A stretch of 64,000 nt of DNA from Podarcis gaigeae (Eukaryota), in NCBI GenBank assembly GCA_964106915.2, contig OZ066916.1; one strand, given 5' to 3'. Of this stretch, positions 38,293-53,236 are shown piece after piece. Below the pieces are notes generated by a model, which was given only the letters and a program-made list of their open reading frames with translations, ran no database searches and had not been told where the DNA came from. Within the stretch, counting starts at the first letter, position 1; each line of letters begins with the position of its first letter. A program made the position numbers and the translations under genes.

Positions 38293-40238
38293 GTGAGTAT
38301 CAGTCTCTACAATGCAGTTGCATATATTGTTTACATTGACATAAGGCAGTTGAAAGGGAAGCAAGAAGCATGGAGAATGTTCGCCTCAGGCATGATGGTC
38401 CCATTCCTCATTGAAAAGGAAAGATCACTCCACTTTTTAAAAAAAGTTTTCAACTCTCTTCAGTTGAATCTCATGGATGTTGGATATAGTGCTGGTATTC
38501 TTTTAGCCTTTGTTCAGCACAGTCTGTGTTCTGCCTGAGTTGCAGGTTCTCTTCACACAACAGCTTTTTTAACCAAAAGTTTGCAGATATTGCCTCTCAG
38601 CCGGTTGTGTGTATCTGCGCTTGTACATAGGGTGTGGTTTTGTGGGTGCAACTGCAAAAGTAAAATTTGAAGCACTTGTGGTGTCATGCCAGAAACAATC
38701 TTGCTCATGACATGGCACAAGCTAATGTTTCCATGGGTGCCAGGTATCCACTGTTCACATGGATGCAGCCCTAAATTAAGCTGTCATGTCACATTAAGCT
38801 TCCTCAAGAGCTCTACTAAGATATATGCATTTCTGTGTCAAAACTCAAGTGTGTTTCCATCTTCAGATTCCCCCAAAGCCTCACTTTTTCCACTTGAACA
38901 TTTTGGCTGTTATCCTGTGGCTAGATAGATATGCCTGCTTGTTTGGACTTTCACCCTGCTCTATTGCAAAGTATACATTAAAATGATTATCTGAGAACAT
39001 GTCATACTTGATGTACGTTGTTGTTGAAAATATAGCAATTGACATTAATACCATATACTTTGTTTCTAATCCTTTCCTGTAATAGTGCAGTTCTAGGCTT
39101 GTTCTACTCAGAAGTAAGTCTTGGTGTGTTCAGTTCACCTTCAACTCTCACAAATGATTTTAGAACTGCAGCCTAAAATCTTTAAATGGTTTTGTAATCC
39201 CAATTCGAAATGATGCCTTCCCTAACCATGTAATTATTGAGGAAAGAAGTTCTAGTGAACAGCCTTCAAACTGTGAAATGTAGCTTTAAAAAACAAAATA
39301 AAAATAAACTGCAAGACAGATTTGCATTGCATGTGGCTGAGCATCACATTTTTTTTTGCAAAAAGGGGAAAATGCCATTGACATGTGTCATGCTGAAAAG
39401 ATTTAATTTCTATTGATCTTGCTTCTTCCTCTCAACCTTCTGTCATTTACGCGATTTTTTATTGGCAAATTGGGATGTTCAGTCCCTTGCCTGCCAGGCT
39501 AAAATACAAAAACAATTAGCAAAGGACAGGGTGCCACCTCCCCTGTGTCAGCAGAGAAGCTGCCCTCTGTTGTCACTATACTGTTAATTCTAAGCTCAGT
39601 TTGGAGGACTCCATTTATTCTATTTCTTTTGAATGTGCCAAGCCAACAGCTGTATTGGCATTGTGCCAGATACATGCAGATTAACATTTAATCTTCTCAT
39701 TGTGTGTCCAGTTCATACTTTAGGAAGTATGCATTATTAAAGACTTTACCATTCCAGTCATGTCTTTCCTTTCTGATGTGAAGTTAATGTTCCTGGATCA
39801 GGCTTGCATGTTTTCTTCTTTCATCCCCCCACTCCCATACCTTCCCCCCTAATTTAAAATGCATCCAAATTTTCTTTTGGAAACAAGGACTGCTCTTGTT
39901 GGGCCTTTTCAGAGTTTTTAGTTATGGCAAGCAGTTTATATCTTGCGGAGCTAAGTCCCTCTCCTAGAATTCTCCATGATACACTTACAGGTGTGTGTTG
40001 CCTTCCCAGAGAAGCTGGGATGACTGAGAACGTAATTACTTACTTTAAAAAAAGATATTACATTACCACTTGACGTTTTCAAGGGCAAACATCACGGAAA
40101 CACAGAATAAGAGTCAATCGAAGGCCAGCTACTCAGAAGCAAGTCCCACTGAGTTCAGTGAGACTTATTCCTAGAGAGGTGCTGTACAGGATTAGTTTCT
40201 CTGTTCTTCCCCATCTCTCTGAAACAGCAAAATAGCCA

Positions 40239-40760
40239 GGAAAAGGGTTATAGCTAAGTGCATGTTTTTTGCATGCAGAAGGTCCCAGGCTCAATCCCCA
40301 GCATCGCTCTTTTTAAAAAATAATTTGTATTGATTTATCATAAACATATGCACAAACTAACATATAACCATACAAACAATAACAGAAGCAATAAACAAAG
40401 CATATTCAGTATAAAAAGCAAATTACTGAGATGCAATATTTTAAGATGAGTCTATATATCCCAATCACAATAAGGAGCAAATAATGGGAGTAGTACTTAT
40501 ATGACTTCCTATTTCTGTCATCAAAAAAATGGCGACCAGTCCATGTCAAAATTGTCTGATTTGGCTTCGCTTCAGATAAAGCATTAGTAAACTATGCCCC
40601 CCACATAGGAATGTAGAAATTCTGAGTATCTCTTGTTAAAAGGTCTCTTGTGGTGGAACTGAGAAAGTTTTCTCTCTGACCAAGACCTTAGAGAGTCGCT
40701 GGCCACTAGCAAATACTGAGCAAGATGGACAAATGTTTTGACTCCATATATGGCAGTGTC
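40239..40760 (+). mobile_element. Old tRNA-derived SINE interrupted by an antisense L1-like 3' fragment (~40309-40560)
   Basis: Head ...gcatgcagaaggtcccaggctcaatccccagcatc (box B-like) and tail gagagtcgctggcc...aatactgagcaagatggac separated by an A/C-rich segment; boundaries approximate. Confidence 0.4.
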
Positions 40761-43058
40761 ATGTGTATTATTCATACTGTTTTGGCCTGTAAGGACAGAG
40801 GAGCAGAGACTTACCCTTCACTGCCTGCCCATGGGCTGCGGGGAAGTGTGCCTGCAGCAAAGAGGTTGCACATACCTCCGTATCTGTACTGTATATGTGG
40901 AAGTTTATATATATAGCTTTGGAGTAACTGGGTGGGTCGTTCTCTGGCTAGTTTGACATTTTTTGGCATTGTAGTTCAGAGAACTTTCCCAGCTGTGTGC
41001 CAAATTCAAGCCAGGTGTGCTCTGATGGCTAACCCTATCTGCGCTAAGGGCATGCTTGATACTGTTCTACTAGCCTATCAGATAGCAATAGAAAAAGAGA
41101 CACCAATAGGATACCTAATCCCTCATTTTATATTCAGTAGAAACTGGGGACTTAACAAGTTCCTTGTGTGCAATATGCTATTCTGACTGTGAATCAGCCA
41201 GCAGGGGATGCTGTAAAAGTAATGAATTCCCTGCACTCTGCTTCATCTCAAAGTCATATGTCTCTCCCAAATCAAAACCATCCTTATCTTCAAGCTTATG
41301 TGTTTAATTGCTCTGCTGGGTAAAAATGGGTCCTTCTTTATCCCAGACACAGCCAAAGGTTTTACGGGTGAAACCATTTCTTTGCCACCACAAGTAGGAT
41401 TGTTCTTTCTGTTGCTTCTAGTGTTTGCTTCATTCAGTTTTTTCTTGAAAAATATTTTTACAACAGAATCATACTAATTTTATTCACGAGGCCCTCGCCC
41501 AGTTAAAAAATAATTTATTTGATTGAGCTAGTCCGAAATTTCTAAGATTAATCTGCATAACTGCATATTTTTTTGTTTATATATGTGTTGTAGCAGGACT
41601 TATCTTAGGTAGGGTCTACACATTAATACATATAACAAAATCCCAGTGGTCAAAAGCAGCAAATGGAGAGGATGGGGAATGTTATAATCGTAAACGTTTT
41701 TATAACCTGTAGCCCAGTTTATCTTTTTAATCATCTAATTTTACCAATAAATAGACCAGGGTGGGAGTGAGGTCTACTTGTTGCTGTTATGAATTCAACC
41801 ACATTGATTTGCATAACATATTTGCTATATGTTAATTTGGATTTTTGTACTGTATTTGTATTTGGGATTGTTTAGGGACTTCTGTTGGGGAGTGTTTTTT
41901 AATTAGTTTGTATACATTAGTATTGTTAATTGTTTCAATTATTTTTATTTATGTATTTTGTGCTGTAACTTTGTGTTGTGAACCATCCTGAGACCTACAG
42001 GTATAGGGCGGTATACAAATTTTAACAACAACAACTCAGTGGGGCTAAAATAGATCTATAGGATTGTACTGTAGATCTATAGGACTGCAGTCCTTTGACT
42101 CTTTAACTGGGTACAAGCCTCATTGGAACACATTTTATTGTATGTAAATTGTATAGTATATTTGTTGTGATGGATATTCTCAGTATATCTTCTCAGTGCA
42201 GAATAACAAAACACCATACTTAGTAAATAGGTACATTCAGTACTTTTTTCTGGGGGGTACGCAAGGGTACACAGTACACTGGGTACATTTTTATTTTGCC
42301 CATTTAGACCCAATAGAAAGCTGGTGATCCATAGTGGCATAAGTGGCAGAACAGAGATATATGGATTGCCTTGTTGCAGTTCCATAAGCCTCCAGCAAAT
42401 TGAACTACCCTGTCATCATGGTTAATACTAGACGCCATTTGTTGATCCACAAATCCCAGGAGAGTAGAATTTTCCTGAATCTGGATCCTTCAAACTAGTA
42501 TCAGGCACACATAAGATTTTCTTTTCATTGTGTATGACCTGATATATAGGGTTTGAGGAGTTATGCGGTAGAAAACATGGAAACATCAAGGAGACTGAGC
42601 AAGGAAGATACGGAAGCTAGAAGGCTAAATAAAATAGTCCATACAATAAAAGTCTTGATTATCAAGAAGGCCTAGTGAGTGGTCTGTGAATAGCTGTGAA
42701 CTATGTCTTACTATTGTGGAAGAGAAGTGGCTGTGATAAGGATATGATGGGTATTTGTGTGAAAGACCTATGTAAGATGCTCTGAATTTTCTAAAAGAAG
42801 AGTGGGATATAAATAAATATTGTGTTATACAATGTAACTATTTTGCAGAGTAAAGTACAGTTGTCTCAGAGGGGAGGAGGCAAAGCTACATTGAGAAAGG
42901 TTTCTCCCCCCCAGGACTGAGAAGGCAGTTCTCTTCAATCCCCTCTCCCATTTATTCTGAAGAGAAGCCTCCCTTCCAGTCCACAGACATCTTTCTGCTT
43001 CAGAGAGGCAAGCCTCATTGGTCCTTCTATCAGTGCTGTAGCTAAGTGGGGGGCTAGC

Positions 43059-43097
43059 TGTTTGTTTGTTTGTTTGTTTGTTTGTTTGTTTGTTTGT
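43059..43097. repeat. (TTTG)n microsatellite
   Basis: Direct observation. Confidence 0.95.
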
Positions 43098-43208
43098 TCT
43101 GGGTAAAGCCTCCAGAAGAGTGCCATTGAGGTTCCCAGCATGTGTGTGTATGTGCAAATGCATGTTTGTTTGGGTGTGTGTGTGCCATATGGGTCTTTGA
43201 CGAGCTGG

Positions 43209-43493
43209 GTAATCTGGTGAACCGGGTTCGCTTCCCCGCTCCTCCACATGCAGCTGCTGGGTGACCTTGGGCCAGTCACACTTCTCTGAAGTCTCTCAGT
43301 CTCACTCACCTCACAGAGTGTTTGTTGTGGGGGAGGAAGGGAAAGGAGATTGTTAGCCGCTTTGAGACTCCTTGAGGGGAGTGAAAGGTGGGATATCAAG
43401 TCCAAATTCTTCCTCCTCCACCACCACCACCACCTCCTCTTCTTCTTCTTCTTCTTCTTCTTCTTCTTCTTCTTCTTCTTCTTCTTCTTCTTC
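43209..43493 (+). mobile_element. 5'-truncated Squam3-like SINE with expanded (TCC/ACC/TTC)n tail
   Basis: Near-identical to 28960-29160 over most of its length; long (TTC)n tail. Confidence 0.85.
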
Positions 43494-46368
43494 ACCGAAT
43501 GAAATAAAACCAAATTCCATCCCTGCCTTCCAGCCAATGAACTACTTGCCAAAAAGAAAAGAAAAAAGCCTCCATGAATAAGCAATAGAATGAGTATCCC
43601 AGGGACAGGTAGGACAAAGCTAACCATCAAAGTGTTTCCTTCTAAAGCTTGTTAACTCTTAAATTTAGGGGGTTCATGGGGGTGTCTATGAGACTCAAAC
43701 GGGAGCTCCCATAAAACCTTCCTTTCTGCAGTGGGACCAGAGAGAGGTATCTGAGGAAAGGGAGGCCTCTTCTTTCTTCCAGGCTCTGTAGGAGGGGCCT
43801 TCCAAAAGGCAGATAGCTATAGGCTTCCAAAACTCACCTTCCACGTCACAACAAGCAGTTCTGGACAGGGTTATATGCTATTTTTGTCTTTCCTTTTACA
43901 TGTGAATGTGGACTAGATAGACCTTTGGTCTCATGAAAGAGTTGCTCTTACGTTCTCATAAATTTTAAATTTTGATCAATGTATTTTTTGAGTTCTTGCT
44001 TTTTATATTACAAAAAAGTATATAGGAGTAGCAAACTCTTTGTACATTTTAAGTGCCTAGAATTAAGAAAGAACTTGTTTCCCTGTAGTGAGATGCAGCA
44101 TTTCCTTCCATCAGGTTACACCCGTTGTTCAGTGCTTTTTAAATAACTGAAAACTCTGTGATTGTTTAACCATTTTAAAGCATGCCTCAGCAATTATTTC
44201 AATGTTGAGGCAGACCTAATGGGAAGAAATGAGAATTATAATTTTTTCCATCTTGAATATATGACAGGAACTTTCTATTAATTTTCCCCAGGCAGTTCAT
44301 CATTGGTTAATGTGCAATGTGCTTCTCACTAAAGTGGCCTTGGAGCATTTTTGTGGTTTTTCCATAATTAATGCCATGCCTCATATGTCCACTTTTACTG
44401 CATTCATTAGTTGACTTCAGTGGATTGACACCCCGCATAGAATTATTGCAAAGAGTTTGTTAATGCTAAGTGGATGTAATTTTCCATGCTGGATAAAGTT
44501 TATGGGTCAGTTGGGTTTGCTTTAAGGTAATTAAACCACCAATTTCAGTGGCTTCACTTGTGTGACATTGGATATAACCCCATTGTGTTAGCAAATCATT
44601 GGTTTTAAGTCAGGGGTAGGGAATCTTTTTCAACCCAAGGGTCACATTCCCTTGTGAGCAACATTTTAGAGGCCTTGTGCAAAAGGTGGGCAGGGCAGAG
44701 ACAAAAAAATAGGGCAGAACCAATGAATATGAGAGCCTTACAGTTTGCTATATTCCAGCCTTGCAAAAAAGTCAGAAGTGTACGCACAAGTACAGATACA
44801 CACACAGCCTCCTCCATCAGGCAAGCAAGAGACATTAACACAAGTCAGGGACATCTTCAAGCCGTCAAAAGCACTTGAGGAAGGCACAGAACGCATTGAA
44901 AGATTTTAGCAGTATCACAATACAACATCTTGAAACAAATCATTATAGCAGTAATAAAAATTAAGCAAACAAAAAGAGCCATCCCGCCTTGCAAACCAGC
45001 TTGCTATCACACTTAAAAACTAGCAGTAATTTTTAAAAAATCCAGTCAAGAAAACCCCCAGAAGAATAAAATGGTCTTTGCTTATCTCCTAAAAATAGAA
45101 TCATAGGTGCTAGGCATATCTCTCTGGGATAAAGTGTTCATCTGATTTCTGCAGATGAGACACCCAGGATATGTGATGATCTAAGACTTGGGTACTGAGT
45201 GAACAGACAGGTTAGTGCAAGAGAAAGCAGTTCATCAAATACCTGATTCTTGGCCGTAGTAATCACTTAGGTTTGTTGACCCTAAACTGCTTAGGACTTT
45301 TCATAGCCTGTGTTTCAAGTTATATTCTGTGGTTTTTAAAATCAGTAGGAGAAGAAACTCATGTGTTATAAGGAAATAAAACTTTCATATTTAATTTAAC
45401 ATATTTTGGTTTTTTAATAAATATGTGGGAGTTTTTTTCTTAGTGCTTCAGTTGTAGCGGTGGGAATAGTGTTTGATGGGTGGGTTACTCTGCCTTCTCC
45501 TTCCCCTCCCCCATTTTTCTTTTACTGAAATTCCATTGACAATAATTAAGAAACGGGGGCCAGCAAGAGGTCAATAAGTCTCTGCCAGTGAAACCAGGGA
45601 TTGTTTCCCATGTACAACACTCTCTATTCCGCCCCCCCCCCCAGCTTTGCCCTTGTGGCAAATATAACTCTGATGACTTCTGTCTTTCTTGTAAGTTGTG
45701 CAACTAGTGAGGAACCGAGGGTGGGGAGGGAGATGATTTATGTGAGCGAAAGACCAGCCAGTTGATTGTGTTTTGATTGTTCCCTGCTTCTCTTCACTTA
45801 CCAAGTAGTGGTTAGGAAAGCCAATCTTACATCTGGTACTGTAACTCCCGACAACAGGCGTTTTGCGGCAAGGTTAGGATTCCTGCATAGTTCTTTTGAG
45901 GGGGAAATGCTTAAGCCTAAATTTTGGGGTTACGCAACTGAGAAAGGGCAGTACTCAAGGGAGGATTATTCAGAACACAGTGTTAGGTCTCCTGAATGCC
46001 AGCCCTGTTAGGTCATCAAGCCTGTGGCTCAGTATTCATAGGATGTGCTTCCCATCCTGCAAAGTGATGGGGGTGGTGGAAGAAAGGGCTCCTATAGCTA
46101 TAATTAACTATGGGTGTTTCCAGATAGGGCTTAATATTGCAAACAGGATATTCAGATGCCGCAGACGTTGGCAATACGTTTTTCTGACATCGGATTTTCC
46201 ATGAAAATGGTGGATGTGCATTAAATGAGAGAGAGATACAAGCTGGCATTTGGACACTGCTAACATGCTGCGGGTGCTGTGAAAACCTATAATAACACAC
46301 CCATCTGGAAACACACAGTTAATCATGTTAAAATTCCTGGTTTTATTTATTTATTGAAAACTTTTATA

Positions 46369-46474
46369 CAGTAGGCCCGCAGCTAACGTGGGGTTATGTT
46401 CCAGGGATCACGCCTGAAGCCAAAATCGCATATAGTCAAAAGCCATTGGGTTCAATGGCAGGTAGGATTGCCAA
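46369..46474 (+). mobile_element. Tigger-like MITE family B, 5' half
   Basis: TA + CAGTAGGCCCGCAGCT; colinear with the first ~105 nt of 57484-57697. Confidence 0.7.
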
Positions 46475-48918
46475 AGTTGGTACCCCTGGTGGAGACAGAC
46501 CACTACGCTAACACTCAAGAGCTTCAGCATGGGCCAGAAGAAGCTAGAAATAATACACAATACGATACAATGTAATAGGAATGGGGCTAGGATATTGGGC
46601 CAATAAACTGCTTCACGTGAAGTATTTGTCATCACAGAGCCAATTATTGGTGTAGAACATCAAGCCAGATAAAATAGGGATGCACTTGAACAATCATAGG
46701 TCTTCATGTGCAGCCTGCCTCACTTGATTTAAATCAGTGCCATAACTGAGCACTTCATGATGCTCTAACACTACGCTCTAGAACTAAACTCCTGGAATAT
46801 GAAATGTCTGAAAGCTTGGCACTTACCTGTATGTATATGTACAGATGAAGCAAAGTAAACAATAGTACTGTTTTGTTTTGTTTTGAAACTTTGTCTAACA
46901 ACTTATTTTATGTAAGAACAAATCTAATAGTTACAAATTTCATTGTGATGCAGATGGAAATCAAGCCTGACCTAGGAAAGCATCTCTCTGAAATTTTAGG
47001 GTTGCCATATGCCCTCTTTTTCCAGGACACATCCTCTTTTTCATGGGTAGAGTTGCCATAGCGATCCATAGTTAGAAGTAGTAGCAAGCAAATGTGTCCT
47101 CCTTGTTGCATTTCGAGATATGGCAACCCTAAACTTGGTGTGCACTTTTCTGGAATTAACTTTATTTACTTGATATATATGGCAAAGTCAGCAAGCAAAA
47201 CCATGATCACAGAAAGTAAGATCCATAAATGCAAACAAAACTTAGCTTTTGTGTTAGTAAAGTTACGCTTCTTTGGATTGCAAATCATGTAATTCTGAAA
47301 ATTATTTGAAATGAGCTTTGGTTGAGACATTATAGGGATATTTAAATAAAGAGCAGAAAACTGAAGGATGCACAACTTCAGAAAGGACATATGGGGAATA
47401 TGGGCAATTTCCTGAGTTACAGTCACACTTGTTTTTGTCAGAGGAACAGGGTAGCACTGCCAAAGCAGCAGTAACAGCTTGGCTTTATAGTTTCCTGACC
47501 ATCTGACAAAAGGTTGTTTCAGTTTACTGTACACAGTTCTTGGGAACTACAGATGCTGTTGATTTTGCTCCTGTTCCCCTGTGGTCCTCCGTGCAGTTCT
47601 GGAATAGAATGACCCAAGCTGGCCCACTTTCCCTCAGCATTAGAACATTGCTGATGTGTCAGAGATGCACTTGTTCCAAAAGAAGCTGAGAAAGAGACCC
47701 CGCCTTAGCACACACGCCAAAAAATTGGGTCCCGTTGGTCTTGCACCATTCTGTTGGCAGCTGGATGGTGTGCTATCTCTTTAAAGCAAGTATAATTTTC
47801 TGAACTGGCTTGGTCAATTTGTTATGGTTTAAAACTGTGGAGCCAGCTGTCTGCAATCTGATGTAATGTTGCCATAGAAACTAGAAATGAAACACTTAAG
47901 CATTCACTACAGAATTTCTGCATCCAACATTAGCCAAAATAATTACAACTTGAGCCATTAGGGGCTTTTGGATGAGAGCTGGGGGGGGGGGGTGCGACTT
48001 GTGGCAGCCTGGATGAGAATCAAGCTGTTCCTGTTTACAGTGCTACAGATCCATGTGTTTTATTCCTTAGAATATCCAAAGAGATGAACTACTTTATACA
48101 GAAATGGCTATGCATATTATAAGGCTCTGCTTTTGGCACAGAGTTGTTAGCTGTGATGATGTGTTCTGGAACAGGATAGCTGTGAACTTTTAGAGGTACA
48201 ATACTTGGACTTGTATTGTAAGGGCTCTGACTTCTGAGTGAGATGCCTGTAGTGAAACATTCTGCAAAATGCCCTTTTCCTGACTGAGGAAAGACCTTTC
48301 TCTGTAGGGAACCATTTAACATAAGGCAAATGTTCTACATTTCCTGTAATGCTTTCCTAATCCACGCGGGGAGTCTTCGAAAGAGTTAATCTCTCTCATG
48401 TTCATATACAGGGAGCGGTTGCACCTGTACTGTACTAGATCAGTGCTGCATTCCAGTCTATCCAGATCCATCTATGTCCTGTCCCCAGGCAAGATCACTC
48501 TTTAGCTGACCGGCTGGTTGCTCTCCCCTCACCAGCCACTTATTCACTTGGCTAGGTCAGATATCACCTCTTTATCAGAGTAACTGCCATAGCCCAAGAC
48601 CCTGTTGCCCTAGAGAGAAGGTAACACTGCTGAAAAAACTTTCCAGCCAAATGGAACATCTTCACACAGGGCAGTAGCCAAGTGCTTTCACTAGCACAAG
48701 GACGCCTGCTTGCTAAACAGAACCTCCCTTCCCCCCCTCCCCCACAGGCTACCTACGTCTGTTCTGGGGTTATCTCCAACCTTCCAGAGCAGATTTGGGA
48801 AGGACGTAGGGGTACAAAGTGAGGGGGGCAGACGTTTTGTTGTGTAAGTGGAGCTCCTTGCACTAATGGGAAGCACTTAGTTGGATACCACCTAAATCAC
48901 TTTGAAATTTACCTTATA

Positions 48919-49160
48919 CAGTGGTACCTCAGGTTACATACGCTTCAGGTTACATACGCTTCAGGTTACAGACTCTGCTAACCCAGAAATAGTTATTCAG
49001 GTTAAGAACTTTGCTTCAGGATGAGAACAGAAATCGTGCTCCAGCGGTGCAGCGGCAGCAGGAGGCCCCATTAGCTAAAGTGGTGCTTCAGGTTAAGAAC
49101 AGTTTCAGGTTAAGAACGGACCTCCGGAACCAATTAAGTACTTAACCCGAGGTACCACTG
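48919..49160. mobile_element. Tigger-like (Tc1/mariner) MITE, 242 bp
   Basis: TA TSD both sides; TIR CAGTGGTACCTCAGGTTA / TAACCCGAGGTACCACTG; internal repeats of TTCAGGTTA. Confidence 0.9.
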
Positions 49161-51558
49161 TATTGGGAGTACAGTATAGAATCATAGAATTGTAGAGTTG
49201 GAAGAGACACCAAAGAACTCTGCCTCCAAGGTGAGCACATCCTTCAACCCTGCATGGAAATAACCAGGAGAGTGATGTGGAAGAAAAGTCCCACCTTGGA
49301 GGACCATCAGGAATTGCACTCTGGATTGCTGGATTCTGATCCTACTTGGATGGAGTCAACATTTCTGCTATGGAATTAATGTTTTAATCTAGTGGCCTCT
49401 TTGCTTCATGAAGCTCCAGGTTGGGTGAATGAAAGCAATGAACACATTTCAGAAAGTTCCCATCTGAAATTAAAGGCTGCGTATGTGACAGGAAAATCAA
49501 TTCCAGCCCACAACGATGAGACCCTTGTGAAAGTTATTTTGTCACCGTGTGGAGATACGTGGCTGCAATAGTTTTATTTATCAAGGGTAGCTTAATCAAT
49601 GAAGTAGACCATTGCCAATCTGTTTTATGTGAGGGTTTTTTGTAGTTTTTGTGGCAATAAGCACCAAAAATAATGTTCATGAGAACTTATTTCTCCCATT
49701 TCAGTACAGGACAAAGTCACACTTTACCTCCTATCCATGGTGGAAGAGGTATTGAATATTCTTATCCATTCATTCCACCATCACATCCACCAAATGTATA
49801 AACTAAACATATTTGCCTAAGGGCTGATGAACATATGGAGGCCACTAAGTTGCTTCAGGTGACAAGATTGCCTCTGTGTAGGGTTGTAGGGATTGTACAG
49901 TTTTTTGTTGTATGGATTGTACAGTTTTCTCTCTTCACTACAGGTTTTTTTTATCATTAGTAATGTATAGAACAATATAATCTACTTTCTTAAGTATTGG
50001 ACTAATAACTGTTGTTCAGCCTAAAAAACATCACTCAGTGCACCCAAAGGATTGAGGAAATATATTTGTCATTACTACTCAGAACTTTGGCATCCTTGCA
50101 AAATATTTTTGCAACAGTATAATTTATTTCAGAAAGTGTGTATGTTTTAACCCCGCCCCCCAAAAATTTCAATTATAAATACACCAGACAAATGATGCTC
50201 TAAGCGCCAGTTGGTCTTGCCTTGGACCAAATGGTTAGCTTCACGCTTACATGTTTTGTAGGAGTCAGTTTTTAAATAAAGCTTATTTTGTCAGGCTTAA
50301 AACATCACCAGAAAATAATGGTGCATTCCAACATGGAAACACAAGTGACCTGAAGTTCACTGACAGGAAGTTGCTCTTGAGATTTCTAAGCTGGATGTTC
50401 AGAATGTGATGAATTGGTCAGAGCTCCGTACATGGAGGCAAAGTGAGGGATACAGTCTTCAGAGATTTCCAGCTGGAATATTCTCTCTTCCTTGGAATGC
50501 ATTGTGTACAGTGGCAGTGCTGTACTGTAAAAGCAAAGAGGGCCCCACTCTTTCTTCCTTCCCCTTCCCTGCTTTCTACTCTCTCACACACAGATTCTAA
50601 ACAGGGCACAACAGAGGAAGTAGCATATTGAGCACTGGATCTGGCTTGAAAATGGGAGCTCTGATTTGGTTCACAAGGAATGGATTGTTTCAGCTTGTGG
50701 TGTCACTGCTGCTGGAGAGGGTGGATTTTTTTGGTCTCTGTAATGTTTGATACTTGAGGGAAAACAGCTGGAACTGAGCATACTGCATCAGATGTGAGAC
50801 AAAATGGGATGCTGGGGAATATGGACTATACTCAGTGCCTGTAAAGGTCAGAGTTTTCCTTTGGTCAGATCTGGAGGAATGCTGCATCCATATTAGCAGC
50901 CAGCCTTGAGAATCCTCAGAATGAGAAGCTCCAAGACAGCGAAGGAGAAGATCTTTCTGTGGCTAATAAAACAAGTCAGAGTGGATGAGATCTCCTATTT
51001 CCTTTCCCTTCCCTTCCTTTTACCCCCCTCCCATCATTTTTGCTGCTGCTGCTGTTTTTGATTTACTTGGAAGTCTGGAAAAAAGTAGTCAATGATAGAG
51101 TTTCAGTTCAGTTTGGAGAAGCTGTTTATAACCAGGTTTTTAAATGTCAAGAGCCGCCAGGCCAGACAAGACCAGTGCCTGACCCAAACCACAGGAGCCT
51201 AACTAGCATGGCTAAAAGAGTCCCAGGAAAGAGTTCTGCCTGAAATGCGCTCAGAGACAACGTGGAAGTAGCTATTATTGCACAATGGGTGGAGAGAAGG
51301 ATGAGGGCTGCAATGCATTTAGGTGCCTGAGACCTTGCCGTGCGCTAATTTAGAAGTTAAAATGGTATGTGCTGTTCTTTTTAAAGCAGTTTGTGTGTGA
51401 GAGAGAGAAATTGCGGCGGGGGAGAGTAAGTGTGACCTGAGCTTGAAAATAACAGTTTTAAGTTACAGGATTTTCCTTGTCACAGAGCACAGTAAGCCTA
51501 AGGCTGCATCGACTTGACTTCAGAAAGTGATTGAGCTGCGGGATAATTCTTTTATTAA

Positions 51559-51732
<174 letters not shown>

Positions 51733-52639
51733 TGAAATTAAAGTGTCTGTTGCTAATCATGAAGTTGTTCTCTGTTGAAATATGCATGGACATTTTTCTT
51801 ATGGGGGTAAGTGGGGGAAATCCTATGTAAGGAGTTAAAGAGATGACTGTGTCTGGTTACCATCATGTGACGTTCTTACATGTGCTATGTTAAAGTTAAT
51901 TGTCTGGATCGCCCTTTGTGTTAGACCGTTACACAAGGAAGTTATCATTTTACTCTTCTGTTACTTTCTTATTAGTGTCTGTTTTATAGTGTCTGATTTC
52001 CATTGTCCTTTAAACTGTTTTTTAATTTGCTGTGGTTTTGATTATGGTTCCTTACTGGTTTCAATGTGGATTTATTATTGTGATTTTATTGTGGAAATGG
52101 ATACATAGAAATACTTTGAATGGATGGATGAATGAATGAATGAAAAGGGAACTTACCAGTTTCCCCCCTCCTCCCAGCTGCAGTCACCATCACCATCATC
52201 CCCCTGTCACATTGCACACCATTCTAGAAGGTCATCTGTGCAAGAGGCTGCAACACAAAGGGCGAAGAAAGCCCCACAGCATAAGCAGAACTCCACCCCC
52301 TAAATCTTTGGATCAAAACCAATAATATTTTGATATTTTACAAAGAGTGGAGAGGGGTCTGTTGGGTTTGTGAATGTCATGGCTGAAATTGTTAGCACAG
52401 TTGGTCTTGTGTCAGGGAGCACATTTTGTCAGCAGAATAACAAAATGCATTGTAGTTTTCTGATGCTGCATGTAGTAAGGATATCTGGAAGAAGGTATCA
52501 GAAATGCATTCTCAATCGGATCTTTCCAAGGTGTCTGTGGAAATCCTATATTTCAAAAGCTGCATAGATTTCTCCATGATCAAATGTTGCGCTGAGTTTA
52601 TGCTTGAGGAACTTGTGGAGAGCAGAATACTGGCAGAAG

Positions 52640-52710
52640 CAGGGGTTGGCAGGGGGTTGGACTCGATGGCCCTTGTGGTCTCTTCCAACTCTATGATTCT
52701 ATGATTCTAA
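52640..52710 (+). mobile_element. CR1 LINE extreme 3' end
   Basis: gggttggactcgatggcccttgtggtctcttccaactctatgattctatgattcta with CR1 octamer tail; possible TSD GCAGAAG; other CR1 tails near 22373-22430 (+) and 49177-49210 (-). Confidence 0.8.
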
Positions 52711-53236
52711 GCAGAAGATGGCATCATCCTTTCTGGTAAATGCTCTCTTTTTAATGTGAAACACAGAAAGTCCCTGCCACTTTGAGTTTTTTACTCACAC
52801 TTATTTTCTGCAAGTTCTGGAGCTATGAATTGTGACTCTTCAGTGAGCTGTGCTGCTTTAGGGGGTGGGGAGGAATTAAGACAAAGTGCAAATGGGAGGT
52901 TACCCCATAGGTTAGAAGGCCAGTGGGTTTCTCATGGGATTCTGAAACATCTGCCTGAGTAGAGCCGCTCCCTTCAGTCTCTGCAAGTTATTCTTTCACC
53001 AAGGAATAGGAATGACAAGTCTGTCAGAAAATCTATGCGGTTCACTTGGGTAGAAGTGGGAAACTACCACATTTTTTTCCATGGCAGAGAGTGACTTAAC
53101 CCTTCAGAGCACGCATTCAGCTCTATTTGGCATGCTGTTTGTTTGTTTGTTTACAGCTACAGTTACGGATAAAAACAAATCTGTTGAGGGTTAAAGAAGC
53201 TGTTCATAGAACATTTTAATAATAATGCATACTAGG

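Noticed and set aside
42935-43630. 231-aa minus-strand ORF with poly-K and poly-W
   Set aside because: Antisense reading of a SINE, its (TTC)n tail and a (TTTG)n microsatellite; not a gene
45650-46330. Repeat-free stretch with CpGs and paired ATTGT (SOX-like) motifs as an enhancer
   Set aside because: Motifs are too short and few to separate from background without conservation data
50803-50852. ATG...AAAG|gtcaga mini first-exon candidate (MGCWGIWTILSACK)
   Set aside because: The donor would be phase 1 while exon 9 starts in phase 0; weak donor
51360-51431. Donor-like GA|GTAAGT about 150 nt upstream of exon 9 as an alternative exon end
   Set aside because: The in-phase frame has a TAG at 51351 and no ATG; a non-coding exon cannot be supported from sequence alone
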